A stretch of DNA of 64,000 nucleotides from Polyangiales bacterium (lineage in GTDB: Bacteria > Myxococcota_A > Polyangia > Polyangiales > JADJQN01). Positions 10,655-18,750 of the stretch are shown here, piece by piece. Numbering within the stretch: position 1 is the stretch's first letter; each line of letters begins with the position of its first letter. The translations under genes and the position numbers were made by a program. The stretch covers positions 480,001 through 544,000 of the forward strand of contig CAXNJO010000003.1 in the NCBI GenBank assembly GCA_964202905.1, given 5' to 3'. The notes beneath the pieces are model-generated. The model made no database searches, had not been told where the DNA came from, and saw nothing but the letters and a program-made list of their open reading frames with translations.

Positions 10655-11622
10655 GCGCCCCCCGAGACGCGGCCGCGGGCCCGCTCGACCGCGCCCCAGG
10701 CGCCGCCGACCGGCCCACGCGCAGCCTCCGCGCCGAGCGCGCGCCGCGCCGCCTGCGTGAAGCTGAGCCGGGTCGGATGCCCGATCAGCGTCCAGAAGCG
10801 CGCGTCCTCCGCGAGCAGGTCCTCGGTGAGCCCGACGACCACCTCACGCGCGACCGACCACTCGGCGCGCGTCACGAAGCGCACCCACAGCGACGAGAGC
10901 CGCGGCGTCAGCAGCGGCACCGCGATCATCCGCGGACTCACGAGGCCCATCACGCGCGACGTCGCCTCGAGGATCTCGCGCCCCGAGAGAATGTCGGGAC
11001 CGGGCAGGTCGTACACGCCATCGGCGCCCGGCGGCAGATCGAGCGCCCGCACGAGCGCGACGACGATGTCGTCGATCGCCACCGGCTCCGTCCGCGAGCG
11101 GAGCCAGCGCGGCAGCACCATCACCGGGAGCCGCGCCGCGAGGTCGCGCACGATGAGCCAGCTGAGGCTCCCATCGCCGACGATCATGCTCGCCCGCAGC
11201 TCCACGACGGGCACCGCGCCGGCGCGCAGCACCTCACCCACGTCGCGCCGGCTGCGGAGATGCGCAGAGCCCTCGCCCTGGGGCGCGACGCCGCCGAGGT
11301 AGACGATCCGCGCGACGCCGGCCGCGCGCGCGGCCGCCGCGAACGTCTCGGCGGCCTCGACCTCGCGCCGGTGGTAGTCGTGGCCCTCGCCCATCCCGTG
11401 CACCAGGTAGAGCGCCGCGCCGCATCCCTCGAGCGCACGCGCGCACGCGTCGCGGTCGCCGACGTCACCTTGCACCCAGTCGCGCCCCGGCATCCGCTGC
11501 CGCGCCCGCTCGGCGTCGCGCGTGAGCGACCGGACCGTCCAGCCCGCCTCGACGAGCGCAGGCCAAACGGCGCGGCCGACGAAGCCCGTCGCACCGGTGA
11601 GCAGGAGCGTTCTTGGTGGCAT
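10651..11622 (-). CDS. NAD(P)H-binding atypical SDR / epimerase
   Basis: TGATGFVG Rossmann motif, [22 protein letters not shown] at 11622. Confidence 0.88.
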   Translation of the reverse strand: MPPRTLLLTGATGFVGRAVWPALVEAGWTVRSLTRDAERARQRMPGRDWVQGDVGDRDACARALEGCGAALYLVHGMGEGHDYHRREVEAAETFAAAARAAGVARIVYLGGVAPQGEGSAHLRSRRDVGEVLRAGAVPVVELRASMIVGDGSLSWLIVRDLAARLPVMVLPRWLRSRTEPVAIDDIVVALVRALDLPPGADGVYDLPGPDILSGREILEATSRVMGLVSPRMIAVPLLTPRLSSLWVRFVTRAEWSVAREVVVGLTEDLLAEDARFWTLIGHPTRLSFTQAARRALGAEAARGPVGGAWGAVERARGRVSGGA

Positions 11623-11688
11623 GCAGCTCCCCGGAGGTTGATGGAAGGCGATCGCGGCCCCAGGTTCGCCCGCGGAGGGCAGAGCACC

Positions 11689-12180
11689 ATGGCCACACGC
11701 GTTTTGGGTCCGGCGGGGGCGCACGTCCACCACGAGTTCGAGGTCTTCTTCGACGGGGATTGCCCGCTCTGCGTGCGCGAGATCCGCCTGCTCGAGCGCC
11801 TCGACCGGAAGCACCGCATCCTCTTCACGGACATCGCCGCGTCCGACTTCGACCCGTCGGGCACCGGGCGCTCGTGGCAGGCGCTCATGGACCACATCCA
11901 CGGGCGTTTGCCCGATGGCACGCTGGTCGAGGGCGTCGAGGTCTTCCGGCGGCTCTACACGGCCGTCGGCTTCGGCCCGCTCGTCGCGCTCACGCGGCTT
12001 CCCGTCGTCGCGCCGCTGCTCGACCTCGGCTACCGCGTCTTCGCGAAGAACCGGCTGCGCCTCACGGGCCGCTGCGCGGACGGCACCTGCCGCGTCGCGC
12101 CCCGCGCCGCGACCGACCCCGCTTCTCCGACCTGCGCGTCGTCGACCGCACCGTCGTCGACCGCACCGTCGGCCGCCTGA
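11689..12180 (+). CDS. DCC-family (DUF393) thiol-disulfide oxidoreductase
   Basis: FFDGDCPLC motif, YRVFAKNR. Confidence 0.88.
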   Translation: MATRVLGPAGAHVHHEFEVFFDGDCPLCVREIRLLERLDRKHRILFTDIAASDFDPSGTGRSWQALMDHIHGRLPDGTLVEGVEVFRRLYTAVGFGPLVALTRLPVVAPLLDLGYRVFAKNRLRLTGRCADGTCRVAPRAATDPASPTCASSTAPSSTAPSAA

Positions 12181-12240
12181 CCCGCGCGGACCTGAGCCGC
12201 GCGGACCTGGACCACGTAGCGCGTCTCGTGACGGGCGCTC

Positions 12241-12681
12241 TCAGCGCGAACACGCCACGCGGTCAGCGCACACGCACGGTGCCGCGGCGCGGCGGCACCG
12301 ACCTGCACGCCCCCGCGTGCCGGCGGCGGTCGGACGCCCACGCTCGCCGTGCGGCCGCGGACGCCATCGACCCGGCTCCCAGCGCCAGCCACGCGCCTGC
12401 GGGACCCAGCGTGGCTGCACGAAGAACTGCCCCGGGCGCGGCGCCGTCCAGTGGCCGTCGAACCACGCCCAAGTCGAGCCGCTCCAGCCCCAGTAGCCGT
12501 CCACCCAGACTTGGCCGAGGCCCGGCGCGACCGGCCGCGCCATGACGCGGGGCGCCGGCGGCGCGTCGTACACGACGACGGCGCCGCCGTACCCAGCGCG
12601 CGCATAGCACCCCGAGAGGGCGAGCACGAAGCCCAGTCCCGCGGCGAGTCCCAACCGGCGTCCGCGTGCGCTCGCGTCCAT
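12241..12681 (-). CDS. YXWGXW-repeat lipoprotein
   Basis: Lipobox LSGC; VWVDGYWGW, WFDGHW and WEPGRW repeats; GGAGG upstream of ATG 12681; C-terminus uncertain. Confidence 0.75.
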   Translation of the reverse strand: MDASARGRRLGLAAGLGFVLALSGCYARAGYGGAVVVYDAPPAPRVMARPVAPGLGQVWVDGYWGWSGSTWAWFDGHWTAPRPGQFFVQPRWVPQARGWRWEPGRWRPRPHGERGRPTAAGTRGRAGRCRRAAAPCVCADRVACSR

Positions 12682-12798
12682 CGAGGCCTCCATGACGGCG
12701 TCCGCGTGCATCCGACGCGGGGCGGCGGTCGCGTTCGAACTACGCCCGCCACGCGCCGCTGCACGTCCGCGCGCGCGTTCCATGCGATGCTCGCGCCG

Positions 12799-13056
12799 AT
12801 GACGACCCCCGCTGACCTCGAGGCGGCCGTGCGCCGCGTGAACGCGCTCTCGCAGGCCCCGAGCACCGGCGACATGCTCGCGCTCTACGGCCTCTACAAG
12901 CAGGCCACGGCGGGGGACGCGGGCAGCACGCGCCCCGGCATGTTCGACCTGAAGGGCCGCGCCAAGTACGACGCCTGGGCGACGCACCGCGGGCTCGACG
13001 CCGAAGCCGCCCGCGCGGCCTACGTCGCCCTCGTCGATCGCCTCGCGGGGCGCTGA
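12799..13056 (+). CDS. Acyl-CoA-binding protein (ACBP)
   Basis: LYGLYKQATAGD...RPGMFDLKGRAKYDAW signature. Confidence 0.93.
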   Translation: MTTPADLEAAVRRVNALSQAPSTGDMLALYGLYKQATAGDAGSTRPGMFDLKGRAKYDAWATHRGLDAEAARAAYVALVDRLAGR

Positions 13057-13132
13057 CGCCGCGCTGGCCCGCACCGCCCGGCGTCGGCGCGCGCCACCTC
13101 CGCGCGCCCACTCCGCGCGCTCAGCCGCGCGC

Positions 13133-13504
13133 TCAGCCGCCCTGCAGGAACAGCGCGACGCAGCAGCCGATCCCGCCCGTCCAGAGCGCGGTGCGGAGCA
13201 GCGCGGCGTCCGCGAGGTACGCGACGAGGTAGCCCACACGCAGCCCGACGAACGCGAGCGCGAGCGCGTCGACGCGGCCCATCGGCGCGTGCGTCTGGTG
13301 CGCGACGAGCACCGCGGCCGCGAACAACGGGAACGCCTCGAAGCCGTTCGCCTGCGCGGCGTTCGCGCGGCGGCGCCAGCCCTCCTGGCGCGCGAGCCAA
13401 TCACGCGGGTTGCTGTTGTCGAAGCGCGAGCCCGCCTTGGCGATGCCCGTCGCGATGTAGGGCAGAAGTCCTGCAACCAGGATGCACCAGTAACCGATCG
13501 TCAT
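13133..13504 (-). CDS. MAPEG family membrane protein
   Basis: DNSNPR, RRANAAQANGFEAFPLFAAAV, RVGY; ATG at 13504. Confidence 0.9.
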   Translation of the reverse strand: MTIGYWCILVAGLLPYIATGIAKAGSRFDNSNPRDWLARQEGWRRRANAAQANGFEAFPLFAAAVLVAHQTHAPMGRVDALALAFVGLRVGYLVAYLADAALLRTALWTGGIGCCVALFLQGG

Positions 13505-13581
13505 CACGCCTCCGCGCTCCGCAGCGCGCGGAGCGCCGCGACCCTGCCACGGAAACCGCCCCGGCGACGCCGAGAAGCGCC

Positions 13582-13813
13582 ACGCACGACGCCGAGTCAG
13601 CGTGAAAGACCCAGCACTCGCGCCGGGATGTCGCGCTGAATCAAGGAGGCGCCCGCAGCCGGGCTCGGGGCCCGGCGAGGACGCACGACGCCGAGTCAGC
13701 GTGAAAGACCCAGCACTCGCGCCGGGATGTCGCGCTGAATCAAGGAGGCGCCCGCAGCCGGGCTCGGGGCCCGGCGAGGACGCACGACGCCGAGTCAGCG
13801 TGAAAGACCCAGC
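13582..13813. repeat. Intergenic 99-bp perfect tandem repeat (~2.3 copies) with imperfect inverted ends; REP/MITE-like
   Basis: Unit ACGCACGACGCCGAGTCAGCGTGAAAGACCCAGC... starts at 13582, 13681 and 13780. Confidence 0.9.
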
Positions 13814-13820
13814 GAGCGCG

Positions 13821-15056
13821 TCAGCCGTCGCTGACCATGTCGCCGAGTTCTTCCCCACTTTGCACGAAGAAGGCCTGCCCGTACGAGTCGAGCAGCTCGA
13901 GCGCCATGTCCATGTCCTCGCGCGTGTGGCCGCGCGTGACGTTCACGCGGAGGCGCTCTTCGCCCTTCTTCACGCCGGGATACGTGATCGGCACCATCAT
14001 CACGCCGCTCTCGAGGAGCGCGATGTGCATGAAGAGCGCCTTGCGCTCGTCGCGGCACATCACGGGCATGATGTGCGTGTCGCTCATGCCGAGGTGGAAG
14101 CCGAGCTCGCCGAGGCGACGCCGCATGTAGCCGGCCTTCTCGTGCAACTCCGCGACGAGCGCCGGGCCCTCTTCTTCGAGCATCGTCAGGATCGTCGACG
14201 CCGCCGCGACGATCGGCACGGGCAGCGACGCCGAGAAGAGGAACGAGCGCGCGTAGTGCTTCACGTGGTCGACGACCTCGCGCGAGCCGAGCAGCACGCC
14301 GCCGATGCCGCCGAAGGTCTTCGAGAAGGTCGTGACGACGACCGGCACGCGCCCCTCGAGCCCGAGGTGCTCGGCGAGCCCGCGTCCGTGCGTGCCGAGC
14401 GTCCCCGAGCCGTGCGCGTCGTCGCACACGACGACCGCGTCGTAGCGGTCGCACACCTCGAGGATCTCGGCGAGCTTCGCCATGTCGCCGTCGAGCGAGT
14501 AGATGCCCTCGATCATGACGAGCGCGTTCTTGCGCTCCTTCGTCTTGAGGATGCGCTCGAGCGACTTCACCGAGTTGTGGTTGAAGAAGCGGACCTCCGG
14601 CTGCCGCGTGGGCGTGCCTGCCGCGAGGAAGGTCCCGTCGAGGATGCAGGCGTGCGAGAGGTTGTCGAGGACGATGGTCGTGTCCTGATCGGCGAGCGCC
14701 ATGATGGTGCCGACCATCGCTTGGTAGCCGGTCGTGAAGATCAGCGCCTCTTCGAAGCCGAAGTACTGCGCGAGCCGCTCTTCGAGCTCGACGTGGGCGG
14801 TCGTCGTGGCCTGCACGCGCGACGACGAGAGGCCCGTCGAGAAGCGGTCGATGGCGGCCTTCGCGGCCTCCTTCACCTTCGGGTGGTTGGTGAGCCCGAG
14901 GTAATCGTTGGAGCTGAAATTGACGATGGGTTTGCCGCCGATCGTCGTGTGCAGCCCGCCCGTCTCGAAGGGACGGAAGTACGGGTAGACCTGCTTCTCG
15001 CGCGCCTCGCGGATGCGGGCGAGTTCCTGGTGGGCCTTGTCGTCGATCCAGCTCAT
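13821..15056 (-). CDS. PLP-dependent alpha-oxoamine synthase, serine palmitoyltransferase-like
   Basis: YPYFRP N-terminus, NFSSNDYLG, SHACI, DDAHG, TTFSKT (PLP Lys), SFLFSASLP, RLRVN. Confidence 0.85.
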   Translation of the reverse strand: MSWIDDKAHQELARIREAREKQVYPYFRPFETGGLHTTIGGKPIVNFSSNDYLGLTNHPKVKEAAKAAIDRFSTGLSSSRVQATTTAHVELEERLAQYFGFEEALIFTTGYQAMVGTIMALADQDTTIVLDNLSHACILDGTFLAAGTPTRQPEVRFFNHNSVKSLERILKTKERKNALVMIEGIYSLDGDMAKLAEILEVCDRYDAVVVCDDAHGSGTLGTHGRGLAEHLGLEGRVPVVVTTFSKTFGGIGGVLLGSREVVDHVKHYARSFLFSASLPVPIVAAASTILTMLEEEGPALVAELHEKAGYMRRRLGELGFHLGMSDTHIMPVMCRDERKALFMHIALLESGVMMVPITYPGVKKGEERLRVNVTRGHTREDMDMALELLDSYGQAFFVQSGEELGDMVSDG

Positions 15057-16267
15057 GGGTGTCTCTCAGCAGTGGAGGCGCGTCCCAGCACGACGGCCGA
15101 GACGTTGCCGTAGAAGCCAACCGTCGTGACGACGACGTGCTCGAGTCGCGCGCGCGGGCGGCCGCAGAGCACGGGCTCGACGGGCGCGCCGTCGAGCCAC
15201 GCGAGCGCCGTGGCGAGGCCGAAGGCGCCTGCCGCGCCGAAGGTCTCGCCGCAGTAGGCCTTGGGCGCGGCGCAGAGCACGTCCGGGTGCAGCGCACGCC
15301 CGATCCCGACGAGCTCCGCGGCGTCGAAGCGCTCGAGACCGCTCGCGGCACACACGACCGCGTCGATGTCGCCGGCGCCGAGCCCCGCGTCACGCACGGC
15401 CGCGCGGATCGCCCGCGCGACACCATCGACGGAGGGGTGCACGATGAGCGCCTCGCTCTCGGGCGCGGTGAAGGCCGTGCCGTAGCCGAGGAGCCTCCCG
15501 CGGATGCGGGCCCCGCGCGCGCGCGCGTCCGCCGGTCGCTCGACGACGACGTACGCCGCGCCTTCGCCGACCCGCATGCCGTGGCCGTGCGACTCGCCCG
15601 GCGCCCACGGCCCGTCGCCTTCGGAGACGAGCTCGAGCTTGCGGAGCGCGCGGTAGAGCGGCTCGCTCACGACCTCGCCGCCGCCGACGAGGAAGACGTC
15701 CGCGCGCTCGTGCGCGAGGTGCGTCTCGGCCGTCAGCACCGCGTCGAGCGCGCCGCAGTTCCCATCGACGATCGTGACGTTGGGCGCCCGCAGGTCCTCC
15801 CAGATCGACACGTAGCCCGCGGCCGCGTTGACGACGGTGTTCGGGAAGCGCGCGGGGTTGATGTAGCGGGGGTCCTCGCGCTCGGCGACGAGGTTCAGCT
15901 CGGTGATCGCGTCGAGCGAACCGTACGCGGTCGCCGAGATGATCCCGACCTCCTCGGGCCGACGCGCGATCCACGCGCCGTCGCGCTTGAGCCCCGCGTC
16001 CTCGAGCGCCTGCTTCGCCGCGACGATCAGGAACTTCGTGAGCCGGTCGAAGTTGCGAAGCCCCTTGTCGCCGAGATAACGCGCCGCGTCAAAGCCACGC
16101 ACCTCCGCGATGCGCGCCTGCGGGAGCTCGGCGGCGGGCAGCGCCGTGACGGGCCCGTCGAACGCGCGCGCCGCCGCGAGGCTCGGATCCGCGAGCGCCT
16201 CGCGGTGCGCCGCGGCTCCGACGGCGAAGGGCGCGACGACGCCGAGGCCGGTGATGGCGAGCTCCAT
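15053..16267 (-). CDS. Beta-ketoacyl synthase-like chain-length factor (catalytically inactive KS)
   Basis: KS fold (ITGLG, FPNTVVNAAAG, VGEGAA) but the Cys/His/His positions read N/A/E; coupled to both neighbours. Confidence 0.82.
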   Translation of the reverse strand: MELAITGLGVVAPFAVGAAAHREALADPSLAAARAFDGPVTALPAAELPQARIAEVRGFDAARYLGDKGLRNFDRLTKFLIVAAKQALEDAGLKRDGAWIARRPEEVGIISATAYGSLDAITELNLVAEREDPRYINPARFPNTVVNAAAGYVSIWEDLRAPNVTIVDGNCGALDAVLTAETHLAHERADVFLVGGGEVVSEPLYRALRKLELVSEGDGPWAPGESHGHGMRVGEGAAYVVVERPADARARGARIRGRLLGYGTAFTAPESEALIVHPSVDGVARAIRAAVRDAGLGAGDIDAVVCAASGLERFDAAELVGIGRALHPDVLCAAPKAYCGETFGAAGAFGLATALAWLDGAPVEPVLCGRPRARLEHVVVTTVGFYGNVSAVVLGRASTAERHP

Positions 16268-17511
16268 CAGCGCCTCCCCACGGTGTCGGGGAGCACGCCC
16301 TCGCGCGCGAGCAGGAGCACCGCGTCGTAGCCGCCGAAAGCGAGCGCGTTGTTGAGCACGACGTCGACCTTCGCCGTGCGCGCCGCGCCGACGACGAGGT
16401 CGAGCGCGCAGTCGGGATCGGGCGTCTCGTAGCCGAGCGTCGGCGGGAGGATCCCCGTCGCGATCGACTCCACGCACGACACCGCCTCGAGCGCGCTCGC
16501 CGCGCCCATGCAGTGGCCGATCATGCTCTTCATCGAGCTGATCGGGACGCTGCGCGCGCGGTCGCCGAAGACCTTGTGCATCACGAGCGCCTCGACCTTG
16601 TCGTTGGCGTCGGTGCCGGTGCCGTGCGCGTTGACGAAGTCGACGTCCTCGGCGCGCAGGCCGCTCGCCTCGATCGCGCGGCGCATCGCCTGCACGGAGC
16701 CCTCGCCCTCCGGGTGCGGCCGCGTGATGTGGTGCGCGTCGCAGGCGAGGCCGTAGCCGCCGATCTCCGCGAGGATCCGCGCGCCGCGGGCGCGGGCGTG
16801 GTCCTCAGACTCGATCACCATCATGCCGGCGCCCTCGCCGACGAGCAGCCCCTTGCGGTTCAGGTCGAAGGGCTGGCAGCGCTCGGGCGCGATCGCGCCG
16901 AGCCGCGCGAACCCCGCGAACTGCAGCTTCTCGATGATCTCGCTCGCGCCCGTGATCGCGACGTCGGCGCGGCCCGCGCGGATCTGATCGGCCGCGAAGC
17001 CGATCGCGTAGTTGCCCGCGGCGCACGCGGCCGGCAGCGTCTGCGTCATGCCGTGCGCGCCAAACGCGCGCGCGACGTGGATCGGCAGCAGCGTGGTGCC
17101 GTAGCGGTTGATCGTGCGGCTCTTCACGGCCTCTTCGCCGCGGTGGATCCACGCCGACTCGAGCTCGCTGATGACGTCGGCCTCGCCCATCGTGGTGCCG
17201 ATGATGACGGCCGTGCGCTCGGTCGCGAGGAGCCGCGCGGGGATGCCGGCGTCCTCGACGGCCATGCGCGCGGCGGCGACCGCGAACTGCGAGCAACGCC
17301 CCATGCGCCGCGCCTCGGCCGCGGTCATCCAGTCCCGCGCGCGGAAACCCTTGACCTCGCAGGCGATCGAGCGGCCGATGGTGCCGGTGTCGAAGCCCTC
17401 CACGGGGGACGCGCCGCTCCGACCTGCGGCGAGCGACTCCCAGAAGGCCCGACGCCCGAGGCCGATGGAACTCACGGCCCCGAGCCCCGTCACGAAGACA
17501 CGGCGGCTCAT
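16267..17511 (-). CDS. fabF: Beta-ketoacyl-ACP synthase II-like (FabF/KS-alpha)
   Basis: Intact triad AACAAG, NAHGTGT, KSMIGHC; C-terminal AFGG. Confidence 0.9.
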   Translation of the reverse strand: MSRRVFVTGLGAVSSIGLGRRAFWESLAAGRSGASPVEGFDTGTIGRSIACEVKGFRARDWMTAAEARRMGRCSQFAVAAARMAVEDAGIPARLLATERTAVIIGTTMGEADVISELESAWIHRGEEAVKSRTINRYGTTLLPIHVARAFGAHGMTQTLPAACAAGNYAIGFAADQIRAGRADVAITGASEIIEKLQFAGFARLGAIAPERCQPFDLNRKGLLVGEGAGMMVIESEDHARARGARILAEIGGYGLACDAHHITRPHPEGEGSVQAMRRAIEASGLRAEDVDFVNAHGTGTDANDKVEALVMHKVFGDRARSVPISSMKSMIGHCMGAASALEAVSCVESIATGILPPTLGYETPDPDCALDLVVGAARTAKVDVVLNNALAFGGYDAVLLLAREGVLPDTVGRR

Positions 17512-17679
17512 GAATGAGCCGCGCGTTGTACCCCGCGCGCGCGCAGCAGCGCAAGGCGACGCCCAGCGTCATCGGGCGCGGCGCACACCCCGTCCGCGCG
17601 CGCGCCGCACCGCCCGCGGACCACGCCCGACGCACGGCCCCCGCGACGCGCACCCCCGCGACGCGCTACCCTCGACGCC

Positions 17680-18672
17680 GTGACGCGACGCACCGGCCGC
17701 TCCTTCGCGCTGCTCTCCGTCTGCGTTCTGCTCGCGGGCGGCTGTGCCGTCGCCCGCGGAGGGCTGTTCGGCGCGGCGGCGCCCGACGCAGGCCAGCGCG
17801 ACGCCGGCGACGCCACCGACCTCGGCACCGAAGACGCCGGCGACGCGACCGACCTCGGCAACGCAGACGCCGGCGACGCCACCGACCTCGGCAACGCAGA
17901 CGCCGGCGACGCGACCGACCTCGGAACACCCGACCTCGGAACACCGCTCTGCGACCCCGAGCTCTGCCCCGGGCGCGTCTGCGTCGCGGGCGCATGCGGC
18001 TTCGCGACGAGCTGCGCCGCGCTGCTCGCGGCCGTCCCGCGGCTGCCGGACGGCGCCTACACCCTCGACGGAGATGGTCCCGGCGAACTACTCCCCGCAG
18101 ACGCCTGGTGCGACATGAGCACCAACGGCGGCGGCTGGACGCTCGTGCTGAAGGCCGATGGCGCCCTCGCGACGTTCTCGTACGACGCGGCCGCGTGGAC
18201 GGACGACACCGAGTTCGGTGACGCCGCGATCGACGGCATCGAAGCGAAGCTCCGCAGCTACCGGACGGTCGCCTTCACCGCGCTGCGTCTCGTGCTCGTG
18301 ACGGGCGCGGAGCGACGCGCCGTCGAGCCGATCGTCGACGGCGCCAGTGCGCGCGCGCTCTTCGCGGGCCCCACGCGCGACACGGGCCTCTCGCGCGACA
18401 CATGGCTCAGCCTCGTGCCCGGCAGCGCGCTGCAGGACGACTGCAACGACGAGGGCATCAACGTCGTTCCCGCCGCCGGCTTCGCCCGTGTGCGGATCGG
18501 CATCGTCGCGAACAACGAGCGCAACTGCTACACGCCCGACTCGCGGGTCGGCCTCGGCGGCGCGGGCGGCGCCGACCCGCTCACCGTCGGCAACGTGAAC
18601 CCCGACGTCGGGTGGACGTGGGGCGACGAATCGCGCCGCAGCGCGTCGTTCGCCTACCTGTTCGTGCGCTGA
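17680..18672 (+). CDS. Lipoprotein with fibrinogen-like C-terminal domain
   Basis: Lipobox AGGC; DGAYTLD...WCDMSTNGGGWTLV fibrinogen-related motif; acidic repeat linker. Confidence 0.8.
   Translation: MTRRTGRSFALLSVCVLLAGGCAVARGGLFGAAAPDAGQRDAGDATDLGTEDAGDATDLGNADAGDATDLGNADAGDATDLGTPDLGTPLCDPELCPGRVCVAGACGFATSCAALLAAVPRLPDGAYTLDGDGPGELLPADAWCDMSTNGGGWTLVLKADGALATFSYDAAAWTDDTEFGDAAIDGIEAKLRSYRTVAFTALRLVLVTGAERRAVEPIVDGASARALFAGPTRDTGLSRDTWLSLVPGSALQDDCNDEGINVVPAAGFARVRIGIVANNERNCYTPDSRVGLGGAGGADPLTVGNVNPDVGWTWGDESRRSASFAYLFVR
17800..17946 (+). repeat. Intragenic 33-bp tandem repeat x4 (DAGDATDLGxx) plus 15-bp duplication
   Basis: GACGCCGGCGACGCSACCGACCTCGG at 17800, 17833, 17866 and 17899. 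Confidence 0.9.
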
Positions 18673-18713
18673 CGCCGCGCGGAACGGGCCGTGATGTTCC
18701 GCGCCGCGGCACC

Positions 18714-18741
18714 TTGACACCCCCGACGCGCCCCGTACAAA
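18714..18741 (+). promoter_or_regulatory. Putative sigma70 promoter of the FAAL operon
   Basis: TTGACA-N16-TACAAA ending 9 nt before the ATG; no Shine-Dalgarno. Confidence 0.5.
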
Positions 18742-18750
18742 GCGCGCCGC

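Noticed and set aside
12241..12350. Possible double frameshift in the YXWGXW gene tail (alternative ending VPPRRGTVRVR at 12263)
   Set aside because: The alternative frames look plausible, but the existing frame is open and I cannot discriminate without homologs or reads.
13582..13813. Mini CRISPR array (34-nt repeat x3)
   Set aside because: The two 65-nt 'spacers' are identical and too long, and no cas genes are present; it is a plain tandem repeat.
13505..13858. Long N-terminal extension of the MAPEG ORF with a 33-aa repeat
   Set aside because: It is only the 99-bp repeat read in frame; MAPEG homology begins at ATG 13504.
13821..15056. bioF call, because bioB is in the window
   Set aside because: bioB is 17 kb away. 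The gene is coupled to KS/CLF and has SPT-like YPYFR and TFSK motifs. BioF is not fully excluded without a phylogeny.
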